A stretch of DNA of 64,000 nucleotides, taken from a virus. Positions 44,530 to 52,130 of this stretch are shown piece after piece; positions within the stretch are counted from its first letter, which is position 1, and each line of letters starts with the position of its first letter. The notes below the pieces were generated by a model. The model did not search any database. It was not told the origin of the DNA and saw only the letters and a program-made list of their open reading frames with translations. The translations under genes and the position numbers were made by a program. The DNA lies in IMG/VR virus record IMGVR_UViG_3300050015_000276, positions 96,001 through 160,000 of that record. The stretch is one strand, 5' to 3'.

Positions 44530-45629
44530 TGAATAAAACGAAAACTACATTCCCCATATTGTTTCATAAAGGCAAAAGTGGTAAAATTGTTCAGTGGAAG
44601 ATTTGGACATATGGTGATACAATCTTTGTTGAACATGGCCAGGTTGGGGGAAAGCTGCAATTGACGCCCGGCATCATTTGTGAAGCGAAGAATGTTGGTA
44701 GATCCAATGCTACTACTCCGGAAGAACAGGCTATTTCTGAAGCACGTTCAATGTGGACTTATCAATTAGAAAGAAAATATAGTGAGACTTTAGCAGATGC
44801 GGAAGAAACTGTATTTCTTCCGATGTTAGCTGGAAAGTTTACAGCCCGCAAAAACAAAATTAAGTACCCGGTATCAGTTCAACGGAAAATTGATGGACTT
44901 CGTTGTGTTGCTTCTTGGTCGGGTAATAATGTTAGACTCATGAGTCGTGGAGGTAAAGATTTAAATCTTCCTCATATACAAAAAGAATTAGAATCATTTT
45001 TACCAAAAGGTACCGTTTTGGACGGCGAATTATATACGCACGGAATTCCATTTCAAACGGTCACTTCTTGGATTAAAAAATTACAACCCGAATCACGAAA
45101 TATCCAATATTTGGTATATGATTGTCCTGAATATAATGGAACATCTAAGAAGTGGATAGAAAGATTGGAAGATTTGAAATCTTTATTTAAAATGGACCGT
45201 AAGAATATTAAATTATTGGAAACACAATCGGCTGATAATGAAGAAGAAGTTCAGAAATTACAGAAACAATTTGTCCAAGAAGGATATGAGGGTGCTATTA
45301 TCCGTGTAAATGATGGAAAATATTTATATGGATTTAGAAGTAATGATCTTCTTAAATTAAAAGATTTTGATGATGCTGAATTTCTAGTAATAAGTTTTGA
45401 ACGAGGGGTAGGTAAATTTGAAAACACACCTATTTTAGTGTGTGAAACTAAAGAAGGAAAGACGTTTAAAGTCACACCAAAAGGAACTCAAGAGTATAGA
45501 GAACAACTCCTAAAGAATATTAAAAAATATATTGGCAAGCAATTGACAGTAAGATATTTTGGTGTTTCTCAGGATTTAATTCCTAGATTTCCGGTTGGTG
45601 TTGGTTTTAGAGAATCATTTGATATTTAA
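44529..45629 (+). CDS. ATP-dependent DNA ligase
   Basis: [42 protein letters not shown]. Confidence 0.92.
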   Translation: MNKTKTTFPILFHKGKSGKIVQWKIWTYGDTIFVEHGQVGGKLQLTPGIICEAKNVGRSNATTPEEQAISEARSMWTYQLERKYSETLADAEETVFLPMLAGKFTARKNKIKYPVSVQRKIDGLRCVASWSGNNVRLMSRGGKDLNLPHIQKELESFLPKGTVLDGELYTHGIPFQTVTSWIKKLQPESRNIQYLVYDCPEYNGTSKKWIERLEDLKSLFKMDRKNIKLLETQSADNEEEVQKLQKQFVQEGYEGAIIRVNDGKYLYGFRSNDLLKLKDFDDAEFLVISFERGVGKFENTPILVCETKEGKTFKVTPKGTQEYREQLLKNIKKYIGKQLTVRYFGVSQDLIPRFPVGVGFRESFDI

Positions 45630-46247
45630 TTTTTCTTGGTATTGTTTCTTTTTAGTTTCACTCATTTTCTTTTTTGTTTCTTCTGAGTGTTTTTTACCGA
45701 AGAAAGGATTATTTTTACCGGAAATATTAGCATGATTTTTAGAAATTTTCTTTCGGGTTTCTTCTGATCGTTTTTTGCCTGTAAGGGATATTGATAATTT
45801 CTGTTTATGTTCTTCAGAAAATTTCTTTCCTTTACGAGAATTACTCATTTTCTTTTTAGATTTTTCGGAATGTTTCCGTCCATACATAGGATGATTTTCA
45901 TTAGAATTTAAGTAATTGTTATTTTGTTTTATCCGTTCAAATGATTTTAAATTTATATTTCGATTTTGTTTTGCATTAGTTTGTCCCATTCGGGTAAAAG
46001 CCCAATACATTTTAGATTTGCCAACTCCACTTACCATTTTTAATAAAAGATGGTGGCAAACCCAATGTTCTTTGAATGTTAAGGATATTAGATTTTCTTT
46101 TGTATTTGGTCCACAGAATGGTTTACATTTTGGAATGATATGGTGTTTTTCGGTGTAACCAAAAGTAACTGGTCGGACTTTGGCACGGTCAATAATTCGG
46201 TAATAGGTTTTGGTGTATTTGTTATCGAGATAAATAGTATCAGGCAT
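45615..46247 (-). mobile_element. HNH (Mob-like) homing endonuclease with NUMOD3 repeats
   Basis: [12 protein letters not shown]...NL..LT.KEH..CH.LL; GRKHSE.SKKKMS repeats. Confidence 0.85.
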
Positions 46248-46319
46248 TTGTATTCCTTTCCAAAATACGAGTGCTTAGAGGACATGTGGTATTTCGGTAC
46301 TACTTGTCCTCGATACTAT

Positions 46320-46327
46320 TATTTATA
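46320..46327 (-). promoter_or_regulatory. Late promoter motif for the reverse-strand HNH gene
   Basis: TATAAATA on the minus strand. Confidence 0.55.
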
Positions 46328-46367
46328 GTTGTTGACAATTTGAGAATAGAAGTGATATCATAAACAT

Positions 46368-46736
46368 ATGAAGACATTCCGAGACATTTATAATCTGGTA
46401 TACCAAATTGAATTGATGACTTATTATGGATATTCTGGTCCAGAAATTGGTGCTGATGGACATAAAACATTTACTAACAGAGTAAATCCTGAGATTCAAA
46501 TTTTAGTTGATTTGCCGGGGAATGAATGGCATCTTATGGTTAAAGGTGTGGTTCATGTTGTGGGTAAATTGAATGATGAATCTCTTCGGGATATTTTGAG
46601 TGGTAATATAACAGCGGCAATGGAATATGAAGAGACTGATGATGAACGCCTGGCCCGCGCGAAAACTTATGAGCCAGATGGTGGCACAAGTTCATCGTCT
46701 GACAATACATCTTCATCGGCCGGTACTCATAATTAA
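46368..46736 (+). CDS. Hypothetical protein
   Basis: ORF after TTGACA-18-TATCAT. Confidence 0.6.
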   Translation: MKTFRDIYNLVYQIELMTYYGYSGPEIGADGHKTFTNRVNPEIQILVDLPGNEWHLMVKGVVHVVGKLNDESLRDILSGNITAAMEYEETDDERLARAKTYEPDGGTSSSSDNTSSSAGTHN

Positions 46737-46740
46737 ATAA

Positions 46741-46817
46741 AGGGGTATAGTCTAATTGGCTATGACGCCAGGCTCTGAACCTGGAGACTGAAAGTTCAAG
46801 TCTTTCTGCCCCTACCA
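46741..46817 (+). tRNA. trnQ: tRNA-Gln(CTG)
   Basis: CCAGG-CTCTGAA-CCTGG, ACCA. Confidence 0.88.
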
Positions 46818-46946
46818 ATTTTGTGGGTCGTCTAAGAGTAGGACGGCGCTGCGCAACGTTATACCAAAGCGATTGATGGATGAGGTATCCTTTAGATACT
46901 TTACAGAGTCGGTCGAACACATGGTCCCACAAATAATAAGGAATAT

Positions 46947-47146
46947 ATGAATGATAAATTACTGACTTTATTTTTCTTTTGTCTTTTACGTGATTTGTAC
47001 CTGCTGGTATTATAGCAAAATGTGTAGAAAATGCGGAATTGTGTAATAAATTTACCGGATCCATTTCAGTTGATACGGACGTAACTTCTTCGATGTTGAA
47101 ATTGGCACAAAGTTTTACTGATCGTTTTGTTAATGAAACTAAATAA
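46947..47146 (+). pseudogene. Small ORF broken by a one-base frameshift
   Basis: MNDKLLTLFFFCLLRD joins VPAGIIAKCVE...NETK; span 200 nt. Confidence 0.45.
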
Positions 47147-47154
47147 GGATATTA

Positions 47155-47231
47155 GCGAAATACTGTATAGATGGCTAGTACGCTAGGCTTCCAACCTTGA
47201 GGGCCGGATTCGAGTTCCGGATTTCGCTCCA
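47155..47231 (+). tRNA. trnG: tRNA-Gly(TCC)
   Basis: Acceptor GCGAAAT/ATTTCGC, loop CT-TCC-AA, TCCA. Confidence 0.85.
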
Positions 47232-47241
47232 AACTAAAATT

Positions 47242-47481
47242 ATGAAGTGTTATATACTAAAGCGAAATGATACGGGTCAATATTACCGTGGAAATAATAA
47301 ACGAAATTTTAGAGATCGTTGGACAGAGAAATTAGAACAAGCAAAGAAATATAAACGTCAAGGTGACGTTGCCAACGCCGTTACAACCATGAGAGATTAT
47401 TCGGCTTACAGGGAAGTTAAGAATGTGACATTTACGGTCTTGTCATATTCCTTGGAATATATTGCGGAATATGAACTCTAA
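47242..47481 (+). CDS. Hypothetical protein
   Basis: ORF. Confidence 0.55.
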   Translation: MKCYILKRNDTGQYYRGNNKRNFRDRWTEKLEQAKKYKRQGDVANAVTTMRDYSAYREVKNVTFTVLSYSLEYIAEYEL

Positions 47482-47553
47482 ATAGTTTAGTAGTGAAACC
47501 AATTGGCTTAAAACAAACGGGCATTTTAGCCGATATGCCGAGAAAAGGAAAAT

Positions 47554-48327
47554 ATGATGTATAAAAATGGCCTCGTGGCCGTTATTAAAGTTGGAGGACG
47601 TGTCCTCCGTGAAACAAAAGATGTTGTTTATGTTCCCTTCGGGTCTGAATATTCTGTATTAATCAAGAATCTGAAAACCAAAAGAGTGTTAATTAATATG
47701 GCTATTGATGGCACTGATGCTTTTGATGGTACTCAGATTGTGATCCCTGCTAATTCAGAAGTTGAATTGGAACGATTCATTAGGAATGGTAATTTAAATT
47801 CGGGTAATAAATTCAAGTTTATTGAACGTACAGAAGCCATTGAAGAATTCCGAGGTGTTAAGTCTGACGATGGTTTGATTCGTATTGAATATTGGACAGA
47901 GAAAGTTCATGATCCGATGATATTGGTAAACAATGCTTGGAAATATGAATTTGGAACAAACTATCGAAATCCATATGGAAATTTTCGTTCATTCAATTCT
48001 CTCGATGATTCTTATTCCTTTAATGATGTTTCTACTTGTGGACTTACATATTGTGCATTTAATCAACAATCGTTAGAACCGGTGAATGGTGCTGGTATTA
48101 CTGTTGCCGGTAGTCAGAGTAATCAAACATTTGGGACATGTGGTTGGTTTGAGACCGAACCACAAAGTGAAGTTCTTATTTTGAAGATGTGTGGAAAGAC
48201 AGAAACACAAAAGGTAGTAAAACCTATTACAGTACAGATGAAAAAAGTTTGTGTGACTTGTGGCAAGAAAAGTCATGGAAATGTAAGTTTTTGTCCGCAG
48301 TGTGGAACTGCATTGAATTTGATTTAA
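47554..48327 (+). CDS. Conserved hypothetical protein with C-terminal zinc ribbon
   Basis: VYVPFGSEYSVLIKN; C.TCG....G...FCPQCGT. Confidence 0.7.
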   Translation: MMYKNGLVAVIKVGGRVLRETKDVVYVPFGSEYSVLIKNLKTKRVLINMAIDGTDAFDGTQIVIPANSEVELERFIRNGNLNSGNKFKFIERTEAIEEFRGVKSDDGLIRIEYWTEKVHDPMILVNNAWKYEFGTNYRNPYGNFRSFNSLDDSYSFNDVSTCGLTYCAFNQQSLEPVNGAGITVAGSQSNQTFGTCGWFETEPQSEVLILKMCGKTETQKVVKPITVQMKKVCVTCGKKSHGNVSFCPQCGTALNLI

Positions 48328-48335
48328 AGGTTTGT

Positions 48336-48411
48336 TCCTCGGTAGCTCAATTGGTAGAGCGGGTGGCTGTTAACCACCTCGTTGCAGGTTCGACTCCTGC
48401 CTGGGGAGCCA
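48336..48411 (+). tRNA. trnN: tRNA-Asn(GTT)
   Basis: GGTGG-CTGTTAA-CCACC, GCCA. Confidence 0.93.
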
Positions 48412-48416
48412 TTTTT

Positions 48417-48509
48417 GGCCACGAAATGTAAGGTGCATGGGCGGATTTATATCCCGTATAATCGCCAGATAAGCGTACTGGCTGGGTTCGATTCCCAGCG
48501 TGGCTACCA
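48417..48509 (+). tRNA. Atypical tRNA-like RNA, probable anticodon TAT (Ile), short D-loop and long variable arm
   Basis: Acceptor GGCCACG/CGTGGCT, ATGT-AAGGT-GCAT, loop TT-TAT-AT, T-arm CTGGG/CCCAG, ACCA. Confidence 0.65.
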
Positions 48510-48530
48510 AATAATGTCAATAATTCTTTA

Positions 48531-48559
48531 TTGACATTCGGGGTTGTAAATGTTATAAT
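48531..48559 (+). promoter_or_regulatory. sigma70-type early promoter
   Basis: TTGACA-17-TATAAT consensus. Confidence 0.8.
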
Positions 48560-48565
48560 AGATTC

Positions 48566-48981
48566 ATGAGTGATATTATATACTGTGGGTTTACCGGCAC
48601 TAGAAAAGGAATGACGTTATTCCAAAAGCAACGATTGATCAGTTATTTAACTCAATTTAAAAATAACGACACTCAATTAGTTTGGCACCATGGTTGTTGT
48701 GAAGGTGCCGATGTTGAATTTGATGGAATCGTTCGTAAATTTTATCCTAATGGACATTTACATCCATCGAATATAAGTAAAACTCAAGTTGTTTGTTTGT
48801 GGATGGTGACGTTCTTTATAAACCTAAACCTCCACTGGCACGTGATCGTGATATTGTAAATGCAGTTGAATTTTTGATTGCGGCTCCAAAAAGTGATGAT
48901 CAAACTTTGAGAAGCGGCACGTGGACGACAATACGGTATGCTCGGAAAACAGGTAAAGAGATTTGGATGTTAGAACGGTAA
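48566..48981 (+). pseudogene. SLOG-family (Smf/DprA-like Rossmann) protein with a one-base frameshift near 48790
   Basis: GFTGTR.GMT, HHG.C.GAD; R.RDIV.....LIAAP......RSGTW.TIRYARK.GK. Confidence 0.7.
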
Positions 48982-48985
48982 ATTG

Positions 48986-49071
48986 GGCCCTGTGGTGAAA
49001 TTGGCAGTACACGCAAGTTTAAGGAACTTGTGCCTTCGGGCGTGAAAGTTCAAGTCTTTCCAGGGCCACCA
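48986..49071 (+). tRNA. trnL: tRNA-Leu(AAG), A34 anticodon
   Basis: CAAGT-TTAAGGA-ACTTG, V-arm GCC-TTCG-GGC, ACCA. Confidence 0.85.
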
Positions 49072-49087
49072 AAATTTGGAGATAATT

Positions 49088-49300
49088 ATGAATAAACTTT
49101 ATAAGTTGTTTCTGGCAGTCATTGCTACAATTATAGCATTTTTCCCTACTGAGATTTATGTGATAATTTACCACTCATTGGGTCCTTTAACGTTCTGGGA
49201 GATGGCTTCTTTAGGACTTGGTTTTTTCTTTGGTGGTGCTTTTCAAGTATTTCTTTTGGGTTTGTTGGTAGCATTTCTTGTGTGGTTATCGGATTTTTAA
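49088..49300 (+). CDS. Small membrane protein
   Basis: Two hydrophobic helices. Confidence 0.6.
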   Translation: MNKLYKLFLAVIATIIAFFPTEIYVIIYHSLGPLTFWEMASLGLGFFFGGAFQVFLLGLLVAFLVWLSDF

Positions 49301-49302
49301 TT

Positions 49303-49473
49303 ATGGAAAAGAAAGAACCTCGTTTTATTCTTCATGAAACCGATCCAAGTACTAGTTTGAAAACGGTATTTGGAAAGTATGATACTTACCAAGAAGCGTG
49401 TGATATAGTTGAAAGATTACCGAAAGAAAGAATACCTTTCTGTTCTATTGAGGTTATGGATTTTAAAATATGA
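49303..49473 (+). CDS. Hypothetical protein
   Basis: Coupled ORF. Confidence 0.45.
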   Translation: MEKKEPRFILHETDPSTSLKTVFGKYDTYQEACDIVERLPKERIPFCSIEVMDFKI

Positions 49474-49754
49474 AAGTATATGATTGTTTTAAACGCGAGA
49501 TTACGGTTGGTTGTTTTCTTGCGGCAGCCACAATGAGTTTTAAACGGCGTAGTATTAGAGTTGGAAAAGTAATTAAGATTCACAAATCCGGAAAGATTAC
49601 TATAGATACTGGTAGTAAACTTCATTCGTGGAGTACTACAACTCTTTCCGTAATTAATGGTGGATATGAATCTTGTATTATTGATCCAAGTTCACTTCCT
49701 TCTGAGGTTTTGGGAAAGTTTGCAATAGGGGTCTGGCACTTCCAGAGGCGCTAA
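49470..49754 (+). CDS. Hypothetical protein (SH3-like)
   Basis: YDCFKREITVG..LA motif. Confidence 0.5.
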   Translation: MKVYDCFKREITVGCFLAAATMSFKRRSIRVGKVIKIHKSGKITIDTGSKLHSWSTTTLSVINGGYESCIIDPSSLPSEVLGKFAIGVWHFQRR

Positions 49755-49760
49755 ATTCAT

Positions 49761-49836
49761 AGGAGAATAGTTTAAATGGATAAAACGGCGGTCTCCAAAA
49801 CCGTTAATCTCGGTTCGAGGCCGAGTTCTCCTGCCA
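49761..49836 (+). tRNA. trnW: tRNA-Trp(CCA)
   Basis: GCGGT-CTCCAAA-ACCGT, GCCA. Confidence 0.92.
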
Positions 49837-49852
49837 ATACATAAATAGTATT

Positions 49853-50155
49853 ATGATTCCCCTTGCATTTAAAGATTATCAAAAAGAAGTTCAAGATTTT
49901 CCTGGAACGGTAATTCTTTTCTTTACTTCTCCATGGGATACCCCGGGTTTAAAAACTGCTAAGTTTTTACGTTCTTTTGTTAAAGATGGAGTTAAAATTT
50001 TCTCTGTAGATTATGATTCTGAGAGAGAATTGGTACAAAAATTTTCAGTAAGAGTCTTGCCTATTTTGTTTTCCCTGAAGGCAGGAGAGGTTGTTTCTAC
50101 AGTAAGTGTTTGTGAAACACCAGAACAATTACAAAATCTATTAGAGGAAAAGTAA
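49853..50155 (+). CDS. Thioredoxin-fold protein lacking CxxC
   Basis: ILFFTSPWDTPG, VDYD.E.ELVQKFSVRVLP; CATAAATA upstream. Confidence 0.65.
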   Translation: MIPLAFKDYQKEVQDFPGTVILFFTSPWDTPGLKTAKFLRSFVKDGVKIFSVDYDSERELVQKFSVRVLPILFSLKAGEVVSTVSVCETPEQLQNLLEEK

Positions 50156-50937
50156 TGACTTTAGAAAAATTCCTTACTTTATCTAAATCTATTTTGTGTC
50201 TTTCTGTTGCTGCTTCAGTTCTTGTGGTTCTTCCTTTTATTGTTAATCAACAAATTACAGTTTTGAATACTACGGTTGCACAAACTAAAACGGAAACAAT
50301 TGCTTTAGTGGATCGTAGATTTGATACGCTTCAAGGAGGAATAGATTCTTGGTTGAAAATTGCAGATAATCGTATTGCATCTTTAGAAAAGAACACCTAT
50401 GGATTAGCTGGTGATCTTCGCAAAGATACATTTAGTGCAATAGCAAACACTCGTAAAGATATGTTTGGTGCGATTGTAGAGACGCGGGTTGACGCGCTTA
50501 CAAAGATTGATAGTATAGCGTCAAATTTAGATAAACAGTTAACAAAAACGAATGAATCCGTTTCTACATTAGTAACAGCATATGCGGATATTCCAACAGC
50601 AGTTGGTGCAAGATTTGATAACCAAACAGATTGCACACGTAATGCTTTGTGTTGGCAAAATTTAACTACAGATACGTTAACTAATTTCCGATTTACTGGA
50701 AGAGATATTAGTTCTTCGACTAAAACTTTCAATGAAGGGTTTCCAGTATTAATGTCTGGAGTTAATACGACGGTAATTAATTTTGCTTCCATAACAAGTA
50801 ATATTAACCGTTTGACAACACCGAAATGGTACGATAGGTTGTTGGGGTATGGATTAAATGGTGTTATGATTTATAGGAATTTAAATCCAGCAACGAATAT
50901 AGTGGTAAAAGGTACGCAATTTTTAACATCACACTAA
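50155..50937 (+). CDS. Membrane-anchored helical protein
   Basis: N-terminal transmembrane helix followed by amphipathic helices. Confidence 0.6.
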   Translation: MTLEKFLTLSKSILCLSVAASVLVVLPFIVNQQITVLNTTVAQTKTETIALVDRRFDTLQGGIDSWLKIADNRIASLEKNTYGLAGDLRKDTFSAIANTRKDMFGAIVETRVDALTKIDSIASNLDKQLTKTNESVSTLVTAYADIPTAVGARFDNQTDCTRNALCWQNLTTDTLTNFRFTGRDISSSTKTFNEGFPVLMSGVNTTVINFASITSNINRLTTPKWYDRLLGYGLNGVMIYRNLNPATNIVVKGTQFLTSH

Positions 50938-50956
50938 ATATAGGATGAAAGATTGA

Positions 50957-51316
50957 ATGACGAAAATTGATAATGATATAATCCAAATTGTAACCGAAGA
51001 AAGGCAACCAACAATGCTGGAGCAAACTTCCTGGGTAAAAGTGAGCAAACAATGCCACACATTGATCGATGAAGATTGTAAAATTCTTGCAGTGATCTTT
51101 ACAAGTTATGATGAAGACGACGGTGACGAAAATTTTATTTGGGATGTTGAAATTGAGGGTGAAGAATTTGGTAGTTATGTGAGTCTTTATTGTGCCAAGA
51201 TGGCGGTGCAAACAGCCATTGCTGAGTGGGATGCTAAAATGGCCGCGGCCGCGAATAGGAAGAAAAAGACTACAGCAAAGAAAAAGAAAATGGAGAAAAG
51301 TGTTGCTAGAAAATAA
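50957..51316 (+). CDS. Hypothetical protein
   Basis: ORF; basic C-terminus. Confidence 0.55.
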   Translation: MTKIDNDIIQIVTEERQPTMLEQTSWVKVSKQCHTLIDEDCKILAVIFTSYDEDDGDENFIWDVEIEGEEFGSYVSLYCAKMAVQTAIAEWDAKMAAAANRKKKTTAKKKKMEKSVARK

Positions 51317-51818
51317 TGTTTTGGGTGTTTATAGATTGAGTGAAACTGTTGAGATGCCGACATTTGCCACAGAAGGTTCGGCAGCATTTGACTTGCGGGT
51401 GTTCCTTGATGGAACAGCAGTTAAGGGATATGATGAATTCAACGATGTGTTCCTTGTTGAGACTGCACCATATAATATATTAAAGCTTTTGCCTGGGTGT
51501 CGGTATATGATACCTACGGGATTAATTTTGGATATTCCAAAAGGTTTTAGAGTAGATATTAATATTCGTGGAGGCACAGGACTTAAGAAAGGCCTTTGTC
51601 TTTCTAATGATACTGGATTAGTAGACGAAGATTACGTACAAGAAGTATTTGTATTGGTCTTGAATACCAGTAATACCGTTGTGACATTAGAAAACGGTGA
51701 GAGAATTGCCCAGGCGAAATTAGAAAAAGTTGAACCTCTGACGTTATTGGAATTACAGGTTCCTCCTTATCAGAAGACTTCACGGTCCGGTGGATTTAAT
51801 TCAACAGGAACCAAATAA
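51300..51818 (+). CDS. dut: Trimeric dUTPase
   Basis: GSAAFDL, IPTGL, GLVDEDY, GERIAQ, RSGGFNSTG. Confidence 0.9.
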   Translation: MLLENNVLGVYRLSETVEMPTFATEGSAAFDLRVFLDGTAVKGYDEFNDVFLVETAPYNILKLLPGCRYMIPTGLILDIPKGFRVDINIRGGTGLKKGLCLSNDTGLVDEDYVQEVFVLVLNTSNTVVTLENGERIAQAKLEKVEPLTLLELQVPPYQKTSRSGGFNSTGTK

Positions 51819-51819
51819 A

Positions 51820-51987
51820 ATGAAAACTTATACGATTCAATTTGCCGCTTCTAGAAGTTCACAGTTTAAAGCTACATCTTTTGAAGTGATAAGTGGAGAT
51901 TTGACTCTTCTTGATAATGGCGAACCAATTGCTGCTTTTGCAAAGGGAACTTGGTCGGTTATTTGTGAAGATGGGATTTTTAATTAG
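51820..51987 (+). CDS. Hypothetical protein
   Basis: Short ORF. Confidence 0.45.
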   Translation: MKTYTIQFAASRSSQFKATSFEVISGDLTLLDNGEPIAAFAKGTWSVICEDGIFN

Positions 51988-51990
51988 TTC

Positions 51991-52019
51991 TTGACATCCT
52001 TCTTTCTTCGTGTTACAAT
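51991..52019 (+). promoter_or_regulatory. sigma70-type promoter for the DNA polymerase
   Basis: TTGACA-17-TACAAT. Confidence 0.72.
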
Positions 52020-52130
52020 GTAATTGTAAGCTTATTCATCTAAAGACTAAGATACTTCTAGTTGGCGTATGCCCGGAGGAAATGTGAAATCGTTACTCAC
52101 ATAAGCTTGCCCATTCCTTTAAAATCAATT

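Noticed and set aside
21390-48981. Programmed frameshifting or phase variation in the SAM-MTase (21390-21961), the small ORFs at 38723-38820 and 46947-47146, and the SLOG gene (48566-48981)
   Set aside because: Each is exactly one base short of an intact frame, mostly near homopolymer or short-repeat runs. Systematic deletion-type sequencing error is the simpler explanation, and no canonical slippery heptamer plus stimulatory structure was seen.
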